The notes beneath the pieces are model-generated. The model saw nothing but the letters and a program-made list of their open reading frames with translations. It did not search any database and was not told where the DNA came from. Shown piece after piece: positions 11,767-21,442 of a stretch of DNA of 64,000 bases (position 1 is the first letter of the stretch; every line of letters starts with the position of its first letter). Origin of the DNA: an uncultured Methanosarcinaceae archaeon (GTDB lineage Archaea > Halobacteriota > Methanosarcinia > Methanosarcinales > Methanosarcinaceae); NCBI GenBank assembly GCA_963721455.1, contig CAVRJG010000015.1, positions 132,499 through 196,498 of the forward strand. Direction: 5' to 3'. The translations under genes were made by a program, and so were the position numbers.

Positions 11767-12453
11767 AGGGGCAGGTAAAATTGTATTCAACTCGCTCAGG
11801 GGGCGAATTTATAAAATAGTGTAATAAGCTGTCGGCGGCTGTAAGACATGGAATATAGGACACGTGGGCACAGATCTTTCCGTGATTTCAGTTTTTTCCG
11901 TGTAGAGTATAGAATAGATTGAGTTTTCCCGTGCCCTCTATCGTATAGACAACGAAGCAGGTTAGAATCCCTGAAAGTACCTGCAACCCGAAATAAAGAA
12001 ATGCAGGCATAGCTTTTTCATAACTGCGGAAGTTATAGAGTTTTGAGTGAATAAAGTGTAGATATTTCCATTCAAAGTTGAGTCTTGAGTATTAGGACTG
12101 ACCTTCGATTTACAAATATCCTTAAAACTGGTAGGGTAGGCGTAGAATCTCTATCGAGTTCGGCATTGTAGTTATATGGATGAGACCAAGCATAGATATT
12201 TTGTGACGTCTATCCCAAGCCTTCTACGTGCGTATGGATACCCTTTCTAGGAGCCTCCGCAGCCCTCGTATACACCCTTCCAAGGCATTTATATCTCCCA
12301 GATTCTTGACAATTGATTCTATCGCCAAACATCCAATCACCGGAACGATACAGATCGCCTGCAGGATATATAGAAAAATACATCTAGAAATACACATATC
12401 CGGCAAGCTCCGGTCTTTCCTGGCTGTTGTGCTCCCCTTTTGTCTTTTGTCGC

Positions 12454-13518
12454 TTATGGATGAAGGAAAGAGACCACGACCATTATTCCGTATGTTCCCA
12501 GAAGCTGTAATCCTTCAAACCAGTTGCTTTTGCCGTCTTCGATGATGGATTTGACCATAAGGACGGCAGAGACTATGCAAGCAAGTTCGAAGGTGGTGAA
12601 AATCAGATTCATCGGTGTCTCGAAGAAATAACTTGTAAACACCAGGACCGGCACGACAAACATAGCTATTTGAGTTGTCGAGCCGATTGCGATCTGGAGC
12701 GACAGATCCATCCGGTTCTTGATGGCGATTGTGATGGCTGAGACGTGTTCCGCAGCGTTTCCGATAATTGCTATGAAAATCATACCTATGAACAGTTCCG
12801 TCCAGCCGAGGCTTTCAGCCAGCGGTTCTATGGAGCCGACCAGAATTTCACTCATAACAGCAACTGCAACGGTTGACGCGAGAAGAACCGCAACAGATTT
12901 TTTGACGCTCCATTTGGCAATGCACTCTGCCGTGTCAGCAGTGTATAAATGCTTGTGGGTGTGAAGCGAGAAAAGCAGGCTCGCAAGATACGAAACGGCC
13001 ATAATGATCGAAACTGCAATGCTCAAGGTCTCGACCGTCGAGGCTGAAGGATCTTCTGAAGTCAGAACGAAGACAGCCGGCATGACAATAGCGGCAGTTG
13101 CAAGAAACAGAGTTGAGGCGCTTGCCCTTGCTGCTGTCGTATTGAATTCCTGTTCATTTTTTCCGAGACCTCCGAAGAAAAACGCCATACCCAAAATCAA
13201 AAGCAGGTTTCCAATGATGGAGCCCGTAATGGACGCCTTTACCATTTCAGTAAGTCCTGCTTGCAGGGCAAAAAAGCTTATGATTAATTCTGTTGCGTTC
13301 CCAAAGGTGGCGTTTAACAACCCACCCAGCGCTGGACCGGTATGTGCTGAAATCTCCTCTGTCGATTCACCTATATATTTCGCAAGAGGTAAGATCGCAA
13401 GCGAAGCTAAAATAAAAATTGCTAGGGGCGAAGAGTGTATATATTCTGCAAACAGACTTAGCGGTACAAAGATAAGAAGGACTTTGAAAGCCTTTTCCAG
13501 TATTTTTGTTTTTTCCAT
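12454..13518 (-). CDS. cax: Ca2+/H+ exchanger (CaCA family)
   Basis: LNATFGNATE and GNAAEH alpha repeats, GSIIGNLL, about 10 TM segments. Confidence 0.93.
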   Translation of the reverse strand: MEKTKILEKAFKVLLIFVPLSLFAEYIHSSPLAIFILASLAILPLAKYIGESTEEISAHTGPALGGLLNATFGNATELIISFFALQAGLTEMVKASITGSIIGNLLLILGMAFFFGGLGKNEQEFNTTAARASASTLFLATAAIVMPAVFVLTSEDPSASTVETLSIAVSIIMAVSYLASLLFSLHTHKHLYTADTAECIAKWSVKKSVAVLLASTVAVAVMSEILVGSIEPLAESLGWTELFIGMIFIAIIGNAAEHVSAITIAIKNRMDLSLQIAIGSTTQIAMFVVPVLVFTSYFFETPMNLIFTTFELACIVSAVLMVKSIIEDGKSNWFEGLQLLGTYGIMVVVSFLHP

Positions 13519-13732
13519 TTTAACGAACCTCCTCTGCCACTTGGCAAAGTGTTACCATAAGGCAACTTCGAGTCCCAGCCTTTTTCATCGTATTTGTCAA
13601 TAACAAGGCTGAGAGATATTTTTTCTCCCTCAGGCCAAATAGGGAGGAACGGGAACCGAAGGAGCTTCCTGTAAAGCTATAGAATAATACATTATTTTTC
13701 ATCTATGCTACTTCTACTTTTTTCGAAGAATC

Positions 13733-14188
13733 TCATAGCTTATCTGAGAGTTTCTTACCCAACCAGTAAATCTTGATCTGGAATTCGTCAAACTCGTGAA
13801 TAAGCCATTTCATTTCTGAGTTATCTGCTGCCGTGTTAATCTTTCGATTGAAGTTGATCGTATGAAAGGTTGTAATACCCATACCTGAGCACCTGTTTAT
13901 TTTCACTCCGATCCGGGCAATGAGAGAACATTCGTTGATACGTACCTGCCAATAACTGGTGCTATCTCCAAATACGCTTCGGGCTTCCTGTTCCTCTACT
14001 GGGGTAAGACTTCGGGTATTAGACTTAACAGCTTGCCATAACGAATCCATTGCTTCCGGGAAAGCATAGAAGTTGAGAACTTTTGCAATAATCCGGCCGG
14101 TCCGTGCAGCAAAAGACAATAGGCCATACCACATCCATTTGCAGAAGTCCTGTTCTCCCTGCGAAATCCGGATTTTGAAAGCTTTCAA
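13733..14188 (-). pseudogene. Probable fragment of a DUF4157-like protein
   Basis: RSLTPVEEQEARSVFG...WLIHE resembles the family, but the HExxH motif is incomplete (HEFDE) and the start is weak. Confidence 0.4.
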
Positions 14189-14837
14189 AGCATCACCTGT
14201 TTTAGAAGTGTTTTTCCCGGTCTCTCTGTCTTTCCGATTTATAAATATACATATTACAAAAATATCTGGGAAACTGAATAGAAAATTTATACATTCCAGG
14301 AAAATATATAGCTCGGAAACACAGGAAGTTACGAAAAATTTATTCTATGGCAGGCTACTGTTTGCTGTAGCTAGGACTCTATTTTTGGGCACTATCTTTT
14401 CTTAATTTTTGTCGTTTTCTTCAGTTAACTCATACAATTATATTTATAAATAATATTAAATAGCATCGAATACAATTATTAGATCCAATCAATATTTTAT
14501 TACTCACTTTGTTGAAGTTTAGCAAAGTGAGTGATTGGGTGGGTATTATAAATTTATCGTTATTTGGTAATCACCTGAACTATTAATGATTACAGGTGCC
14601 TAACCTACCATATTTTACAGATTTTAAACTATATATTTTTCCACTGTACCCGCGTGTTCTGGATAAATATATATATCATTAATTCAAAGCCGTAATAAAT
14701 TTTATCGGTACATACTTTTTGCATCAGCATACAGATGTATCGTATTTATGGGGAATAACGATATGTAATTGGGTAACTATATATCTGAAAACAAATGGGG
14801 AATTATATTAAATTACTTTGAGTCTGGGGGGAATTAA

Positions 14838-17210
14838 TTGAATAGGCAACTGAAAGTATTATTTATAGGAACTTATGTTCCTAAAGAATGTGGGATTGCT
14901 ACATTTACTTCTGATCTTTTAAATTCAGTATCCGGGGGGTACAACGACGTTCATTGTGAGGTAATTGCTCTGAATGATCCTTTTGAAACTTACAATTATC
15001 CGGAAGAGGTCGTTTTTCAAATTCAGAGGGACAGAATCGAGGACTATTACAGGGCTGCCGATTATATAAACCAATCCGATGCTCATATCGTATGTCTCCA
15101 GCACGAATTCGGCCTTTTTGGGGGAAATGCAGGAGATTACATTTTTGCTCTTCTTTCAGGAATAAACAAGCCTGTAATATCCACAATGCATACCGTAATC
15201 GGGGAGCCTGAACCGGATTACCGGGCATCCACAGAAAAACTCATAAGGTATTCCGAAAAGCTGGTTGTGATGAGCCAGACTGCAGTTGATATGCTAAAAA
15301 ATGTTTATAAGGCTCCTGAAGATAAAATAGAAATTATTTTCCATGGAGTTCCTGACTATCCGTTTAACAACTGCAGTAAGTATAAAAAAATGCTGAATCT
15401 GAAAGGGTCTCCACTTATCCTTACTTTCGGCCTGTTGAGCCAGAATAAAGGTATTGAAAGTGTGCTCGAGGCTCTTCTTGAAGTTGTAAACCAGTATCCT
15501 GACATTGTTTACCTTGTACTGGGTGCCACACACCCTATGGTCAAAAAAAATCACGGAGAAGCATACAGGCAATATCTAATGGACAAGGTCTCCGAACTCG
15601 GGCTTGAGAATAATGTAGTATTCCATGACAAATTTGTCGAAAAAGAAGAGCTCTGCAATTATATCCTTGCCAGTGACATTTACGCATCTCCTTACCTTTC
15701 CAGAGAACAGATAGTAAGCGGCGCTCTGACCTATGCCATTGGCATGGGAAAGGCAATAGTTTCCACTCCTTACTGGTACGCCCAGGAAATGCTTTCCGAC
15801 AATCGCGGGTTGCTTGTAGATTTCGGAGACACGGACGGCTTCAAAAAATCCCTGCTATACTTAATTGAAAATCCAGAAGAGTGTGAGAATATGCGCAAAA
15901 AAGCATACGATTTTGGTAGAAAAATGACATGGAAAAACGTAGGTAAAGAATATGATGTTGTTTTCAGAAAGGCTTTAAAGAACTACAGCACTTACCCCAG
16001 AGCACAGAACAGATTTAATTTCCTTCCAAACCAGCTGCCTGAAGCAAAACTCGATTACCTTAAGCTACTGACCGATGATGTGGGCATTATCCAGCACACC
16101 AATCTTGGTGTACCGGCTCGCCATCATGGGTACAGTACTGATGATGTGGGCAGGGCTCTCGTTGCACTGACAAAGCTGGTAGATAGTCAAAAGAAAGCTA
16201 AAGAGTTTGGGAAGTTAATTACCACATACATGAGCTTCCTTGAACATGCCCAGACTGATACGGGTCACTTTCATAACTTCATGAGTTATAGAAGGGAATT
16301 TTTAGATGAAAAAGGCAGTGAAGATACTCTCGGGCGTGCAATTTACGGGCTTGGACATGTGGTGAGTTGCCCTTACCTGTCAAAGAATATGCGTACCCTT
16401 GCAAATACCCTGATCAGTAAATCCAGGCCGGAAATGGAAAATCTGGGTTTTCCGAGGGCAAAAGCCTATGCGATGTGCGGTTTATATGAAATGCTCAGGG
16501 CAGGCATAGGTGCAGACGAATTTGAGTCTATGTTCAACTCGCGCAGGGACACTGTCGAGTCCGTAGACAGAGACACCTTTGAATCCATATTTATCAGCCA
16601 CGCGAATTCTCTGGTCGACTTATATGAGGCCAACCATAAAGAAGACTGGAACTGGTTCGAATCTACAGTGACCTACAGCAATGCAAAAATGAGTGAATCC
16701 CTTCTACTGGCGTACAATTACACCAAAGACAGAACTTACAAAAAAGTTGGCCTTGCCACCCTGGACTTTCTTACTGAGATCCAGTGGAAAGGGGACTTTT
16801 TTGATATGGTTGGAAACCAGGGCTGGTACTCCTATAACGGAGAAAAACCCATTTTTGACCAGCAGCCTATAGAGGCAGGTTACCTGAGCCAGGCTTATGT
16901 TTCGGCTTATGAGATTGTGCGTGAGAGAAAATATCTCGAGCTTGCAAAATATTCCTTTGAGTACTTCCTTGGCAGAAACCGCTTGCGAGCTGTCATGTAC
17001 GATTACTCAACAGGTGCGGTCTGTGACGGGCTCAACCTTGATGGCATGAACTGTAACCAGGGTGCTGAACCCGTAATTTGCTTCCTTATGGCTTTAAGCT
17101 CCTTAAATAAACATACAAATGAAGCCTTCAGTGCGGTATTCCAGTCCAGGGTAAGTGACGGAGCCCTGCAGAAGAGAAAAAGCCTGTTACCAGCAGACCA
17201 GGCGGAGTGA
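14838..17210 (+). CDS. GT4 glycosyltransferase fused to an (alpha/alpha)6 glycosidase-like domain
   Basis: PKECGIATF, QHEFGLFGG, QIVSGAL..A; C-terminal GYSTDDVGRAL, FDQQPIEA, NQGAE. Confidence 0.88.
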   Translation: MNRQLKVLFIGTYVPKECGIATFTSDLLNSVSGGYNDVHCEVIALNDPFETYNYPEEVVFQIQRDRIEDYYRAADYINQSDAHIVCLQHEFGLFGGNAGDYIFALLSGINKPVISTMHTVIGEPEPDYRASTEKLIRYSEKLVVMSQTAVDMLKNVYKAPEDKIEIIFHGVPDYPFNNCSKYKKMLNLKGSPLILTFGLLSQNKGIESVLEALLEVVNQYPDIVYLVLGATHPMVKKNHGEAYRQYLMDKVSELGLENNVVFHDKFVEKEELCNYILASDIYASPYLSREQIVSGALTYAIGMGKAIVSTPYWYAQEMLSDNRGLLVDFGDTDGFKKSLLYLIENPEECENMRKKAYDFGRKMTWKNVGKEYDVVFRKALKNYSTYPRAQNRFNFLPNQLPEAKLDYLKLLTDDVGIIQHTNLGVPARHHGYSTDDVGRALVALTKLVDSQKKAKEFGKLITTYMSFLEHAQTDTGHFHNFMSYRREFLDEKGSEDTLGRAIYGLGHVVSCPYLSKNMRTLANTLISKSRPEMENLGFPRAKAYAMCGLYEMLRAGIGADEFESMFNSRRDTVESVDRDTFESIFISHANSLVDLYEANHKEDWNWFESTVTYSNAKMSESLLLAYNYTKDRTYKKVGLATLDFLTEIQWKGDFFDMVGNQGWYSYNGEKPIFDQQPIEAGYLSQAYVSAYEIVRERKYLELAKYSFEYFLGRNRLRAVMYDYSTGAVCDGLNLDGMNCNQGAEPVICFLMALSSLNKHTNEAFSAVFQSRVSDGALQKRKSLLPADQAE

Positions 17211-18241
17211 AGAGGGATAACATGATGTGGAAAGACCATGGAGAGTTGTTCCAAAGGTGTGATAAAAATCCTATACTTACTGTTGAAGATTGGCCTTATA
17301 GAGCTCATTCAGTGTTTAACCCTGCAGCGACTATAATTAATGGCACAGTTCTATTAATGGTGCGTGTCGAAGACCATCGAGGCTTTTCTCACCTTACAGT
17401 AGCAAGGAGTAAGAATGGAATTGACAACTGGGAAATTGACACCGAACCAACTTTTGCTCCTGATCCTGTAAACTATCCTGAGGAGATATACGGCATTGAA
17501 GACCCGCGCATAACTTACATAGATGAGCTTGGAAAATGGGCTGTAGCATACACGGCTTTTTCGGATTCAGGTCCCTTAACGGCTCTTGCCTTTACAGAGG
17601 ATTTCCGTAATTTTGACAGAGTAGGGCCTACCCTGCCGCCTGAAAATAAAGATGCTGCTATTTTTCCCGTAAGATTTAACGGGATGTGGGCAATGTTGCA
17701 CAGGCCTGTACCCAGTGTGCCGGGTGTAAAGGCAAATATCTGGATATCCTTTTCTCCTGATATGAAATACTGGGGAGAACATGGGGTACTTCTGTATGCC
17801 CGGGAAGGCGGGTGGTGGGATGCCAACAAGATAGGTCTATCCCCACAGCCAATCCGTATATCTGATGGATGGTTAATTATGTACCATGGGGTACGCCAGA
17901 CAACATCTAAAGCAAGTTATCGGCTTGGGCTGGCTCTTCTTGATCTTGAAGACCCCAGAATAGTGCTCCACAGGTCAGAGGGATGGATTTTCGGGCCCCG
18001 TGAAATGTATGAACGCAGTGGAGATGTTAATGATGTTGTTTTTCCTTGCGGATGGATCTTAATTGACGATGAAATCCGCATTTACTACGGAAGTGCGGAT
18101 GTGTCCGTATCAATGGCCAGTGCAAAAGTGCGCGATATACTTGAATATATCCATGGGTGCCCTGAGATACAATGCCCTGAAGAATACTGCAGGTGGTTTG
18201 AAGAAAACAGGGGAAGGTCCACTGATCCGAAAAAAGGATAA
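17207..18241 (+). CDS. GH130 family glycosidase / mannoside phosphorylase
   Basis: VFNPAA, EDPRI, NKDAAIFP, MYHGV, GDVNDVVFPCG, YYGSAD; overlaps upstream stop. Confidence 0.9.
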   Translation: MKRDNMMWKDHGELFQRCDKNPILTVEDWPYRAHSVFNPAATIINGTVLLMVRVEDHRGFSHLTVARSKNGIDNWEIDTEPTFAPDPVNYPEEIYGIEDPRITYIDELGKWAVAYTAFSDSGPLTALAFTEDFRNFDRVGPTLPPENKDAAIFPVRFNGMWAMLHRPVPSVPGVKANIWISFSPDMKYWGEHGVLLYAREGGWWDANKIGLSPQPIRISDGWLIMYHGVRQTTSKASYRLGLALLDLEDPRIVLHRSEGWIFGPREMYERSGDVNDVVFPCGWILIDDEIRIYYGSADVSVSMASAKVRDILEYIHGCPEIQCPEEYCRWFEENRGRSTDPKKG

Positions 18242-18283
18242 TTTAAAATTAAAAAATAAATAATAAACAATAAATTTTAGGGT

Positions 18284-19660
18284 GTGAGTAGTTTTGGGGG
18301 TATTATTATAAGAATTGCAATGTTATCTCCGATTGCCTGGAGCACGCCACCAAAAAAGTATGGCCCATGGGAATCGATAGTATCTTTATTAACCGAAGGG
18401 CTGGTAAAAAGGGGTATTGACGTTACGCTGTTTGCGACAGCAGATTCGCATACGGCAGCCAAACTTCATGCAGTATGCCCGAGACCTTACGAAGAAGACA
18501 AGAGTATATTGGTAAAGGCATATGAATGCCTGCACATATCAGAGGTTTTTGAGAGAGCAAATGAGTTCGATATAATACATAACCATTTCGACTATCTTCC
18601 TCTTACCTACAGTGCGCTTGTCGATACGCCTGTTGTAACAACAATACACGGCATCTCTTCGAGAAAAACCCTGAATGTTTATAAAAAATACAACAATAGC
18701 ACTTTTTATGTATCTATAAGTGATGCCTACAGGTGCCAGGGACTTGATTATATTGCAACGGTTATGCATGGGGTCGACATAGAAGGTCTTCATTTCAATG
18801 ATAAGCCGCAGGACTATCTCCTCTTTTTATCACGCCTGCACAAGGACAAGGGCGCAAAAGAAGCAATAGAAGTTGCAAAAAAGACAGGACGGAAACTTAG
18901 AATGGCCGGTTTTATCGCGGATCAGGCTTATTTCGAAAAAGAAGTGCAGCCCCATATAGACAATGAGCAGATTATTTATGAGGGGCATGTTGATCCTGAG
19001 CGGAAGAAGGAACTCCTGTCAAATGCTTACGCTTTGCTGCACATGATCAATTATGATGAGGCTTTCGGACTTGGTGTGGTTGAAGCTATGGCCAGCGGTA
19101 CACCGGTAATTGCAATGAACAGGGGTTCGATGCCTGAGCTGATAAGAGATGGAGAGACTGGATTTCTGGTCAATAGCGTTGAAGAAGCCGCAGAAGCTGT
19201 GAAAAAGGTTGGCTCAGTATCCCGCAAGAAATGCAGGGAAAATGTTGAAAAACGCTTCTCTGTTGACAGGATGGTAGATGATTACATCAAGGTGTACGAA
19301 ACAATTCTGGAGAAATGCAAACGTGAGTCTGAAAGGCCCTGGGGTTATTATGAGGTGCTTACTCAGAAGCCCCGGTACAAAGTCAAAAGCCTTACGGTTC
19401 TGCCTCAGGGTGAAATCTCACTTCAGCGCCACGCTCACAGAAACGAGCACTGGTACATAGTCAGTGGAAAGGGAATTGTAACTAAAAACGGGAGTGAAAT
19501 CAGGGTTCTAGCCGGGGATTCTGTCGACCTTCCGGTAAACACGGTGCATCGCGTTAGAAATATAGACAACGAAAACCTCGTTTTCATTGAAATTGCCCAG
19601 GGAGACTATCTGGGAGAAGACGACATTGTAAGACTTGAAGACAAATACGGGAGAGCATGA
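18284..19660 (+). CDS. GT4 glycosyltransferase fused to a mannose-6-phosphate isomerase type II cupin
   Basis: PPKKYGPWE, EAFGL..VEAMASGTPV; C-terminal RPWGYY, SLQRHAHRNEHW, GEDDIVRLEDKYGR. Confidence 0.88.
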   Translation: MSSFGGIIIRIAMLSPIAWSTPPKKYGPWESIVSLLTEGLVKRGIDVTLFATADSHTAAKLHAVCPRPYEEDKSILVKAYECLHISEVFERANEFDIIHNHFDYLPLTYSALVDTPVVTTIHGISSRKTLNVYKKYNNSTFYVSISDAYRCQGLDYIATVMHGVDIEGLHFNDKPQDYLLFLSRLHKDKGAKEAIEVAKKTGRKLRMAGFIADQAYFEKEVQPHIDNEQIIYEGHVDPERKKELLSNAYALLHMINYDEAFGLGVVEAMASGTPVIAMNRGSMPELIRDGETGFLVNSVEEAAEAVKKVGSVSRKKCRENVEKRFSVDRMVDDYIKVYETILEKCKRESERPWGYYEVLTQKPRYKVKSLTVLPQGEISLQRHAHRNEHWYIVSGKGIVTKNGSEIRVLAGDSVDLPVNTVHRVRNIDNENLVFIEIAQGDYLGEDDIVRLEDKYGRA

Positions 19661-19798
19661 ACCGATTTTTACGGATTAGAAACCTGTACAGATGATAATA
19701 CAGCTTATTACAGATGATAGTACAGAGCTTATAATACAGTTTAGCCTTGCTTCATTATAATCCCTGTACAGTTTCCATTTTACGCTCTTTAAGTCATC

Positions 19799-20143
19799 TT
19801 AAGCAGGGCATTCGGAGTTTTCATAAGATCTCCTGACCTGGGCTGCGATTTCTTCGCCAAGCCTTTCAGAGACATTCTCCACGAAGACGGTTATGTAACC
19901 AGAGGGTACGCAGCCCAGGCTTTCTTCTCCTGATAAAATAAGCCTGATAAGGTATTCGAGTTCATATCGGGATAATAAATTGATTCTTCTCAGGAAGTCG
20001 GCTGCATCTTTTGAATAATGATTTGCAAGGGGGGGAAGTATGGAACGGTAGGGCACTCCTGAGCCTGAGCAGAGGAGATCTTCACACTCCGGAGCAACTG
20101 TTTTCAGAATGCCGATATCTGTTTCTGAGAGTATTCTTGCCAT
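19799..20143 (-). CDS. Hypothetical protein
   Basis: ATG ORF with a GGTGA-type RBS and normal composition. Confidence 0.65.
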   Translation of the reverse strand: MARILSETDIGILKTVAPECEDLLCSGSGVPYRSILPPLANHYSKDAADFLRRINLLSRYELEYLIRLILSGEESLGCVPSGYITVFVENVSERLGEEIAAQVRRSYENSECPA

Positions 20144-20412
20144 GGTGTCACCTGATGATAAAATATACTGGTATTTCAGAGCTTTACCTGAATAAAAGAT
20201 GATTCTGCTTTTCTGCTATTTAACAATAAGGCTCATACTTTTTAACCTGTAATAAGGCTGCATATCGTTCACCGCACAGCAGTCAGGTTAAGAAGTATGG
20301 GAAGTAAACGTGATAAATTTAAAGTCTGAGGAGCAAAGTCTGAGGGGTGCCGAAGAATTTGAAACCATTCTTCGGATTGTCTCTCATTTCAACAGTACAA
20401 ACTTACTTTATA

Positions 20413-20478
20413 GCTGGAATTTTACTTTACAGCCGGAATTTTACTTTACAGCCGGAATTTTACTTACAGCCGGAATTC
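20413..20478. repeat. ~19 bp tandem repeat (ccggaattttactttacag), about 3.5 copies
   Basis: Seen directly, immediately downstream of the RNase Z-like gene. Confidence 0.85.
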
Positions 20479-20480
20479 CA

Positions 20481-21236
20481 TTATAGTTCAAGTTTCATCA
20501 GGTCTTCAGCAAGAATCACTTCTCCTTCAAAATACCCTTTCAGGCGATATACTGCTTCCTTTTCATGCCCCTGCATATCCGGATAGAAATGCGTAAGGCA
20601 GATGCTTCCGATTTCGTTGTTATATTCTTCCAGCATGTCTGCAAGTGTGCTGGGGGTGGTGTGGTTTGTGACTTTCGTGCCGGGGGGGAATGAGCATTCG
20701 TGAATCAGGAGATCGGCTTCGGCCGCAAGGTCCATTATGTCCCGAGAGGGCTCGGTGTCTCCTGAGTAAACAAACTCTCCATCTTCTGCAGTTACGCGGT
20801 AAGCCAGAGTCGGAACACTGTGTACCGCGGCTGTGCATCTGATCTCACAGTCGAAACCCTCAGGGGTAAAGTCTTTTCCAGGGAGGACTTCAATAACATC
20901 CACATCCACTTCTTCCAGAATATATTCATAAGCGCCAAGTACCCTTGAAAGCCAGTCTTCTGTCCCCTCTGGCCCGTAGACCCTCATATTGGTCTTCCCG
21001 CGGAGCCAGTTTGCCTTCAGGAGGGGGAGCAGGTCAGCCACATGGTCAAGGTGAAGGTGTGAGAGCAATACGGTGTCTACTTCGGTATGGGAAACGTCTG
21101 CTTCAGGAAATCTGTTCAGTACTCCGCTTCCGCAATCAATAAGTAGTGGCTTCTCCTCAAGCCTCACAAGCACTCCGGACTGTACCCGACCCTTCTGCGG
21201 GATCGCAACTCCAGTGCCAAGAAATGTAATTTCCAT
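20481..21236 (-). CDS. MBL-fold hydrolase, RNase Z-like
   Basis: FLGTG, LIDCG, SHLHLDH, YSGDT, LIHEC, HTT, LTHFY. Confidence 0.88.
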   Translation of the reverse strand: MEITFLGTGVAIPQKGRVQSGVLVRLEEKPLLIDCGSGVLNRFPEADVSHTEVDTVLLSHLHLDHVADLLPLLKANWLRGKTNMRVYGPEGTEDWLSRVLGAYEYILEEVDVDVIEVLPGKDFTPEGFDCEIRCTAAVHSVPTLAYRVTAEDGEFVYSGDTEPSRDIMDLAAEADLLIHECSFPPGTKVTNHTTPSTLADMLEEYNNEIGSICLTHFYPDMQGHEKEAVYRLKGYFEGEVILAEDLMKLEL

Positions 21237-21333
21237 GAGGTAGAGAATAAACTTTAAATAATTTAACTTTATTTAAAGCATGTCCGCATAACAAATTTTT
21301 GCGGCTCAAAAACAACCTGCATTTTTTTCAAGC

Positions 21334-21421
21334 GCGAGGGTTGCCCAGCCCGGTCAAAGGCGCCGGACTTAAGATCCGGTATCGAAGGATTTCGTGGGTT
21401 CGAATCCCACCCCTCGCACCA
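21334..21421 (+). tRNA. tRNA-Leu: tRNA-Leu (TAA) with encoded CCA
   Basis: GCGAGGG/CCCTCGC acceptor stem, anticodon arm ccgga-ctTAAga-tccgg, long variable arm, GGTTCGAATCC. Confidence 0.96.
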
Positions 21422-21442
21422 AACTTTTTTATCCATTTTTTG

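Noticed and set aside
11850-12450. Possible decayed gene between rio2 and cax
   Set aside because: Only short broken frames with no recognisable family
20413-20478. Tandem repeat as a CRISPR array
   Set aside because: Units abut with no unique spacers, and no cas genes are present in the window
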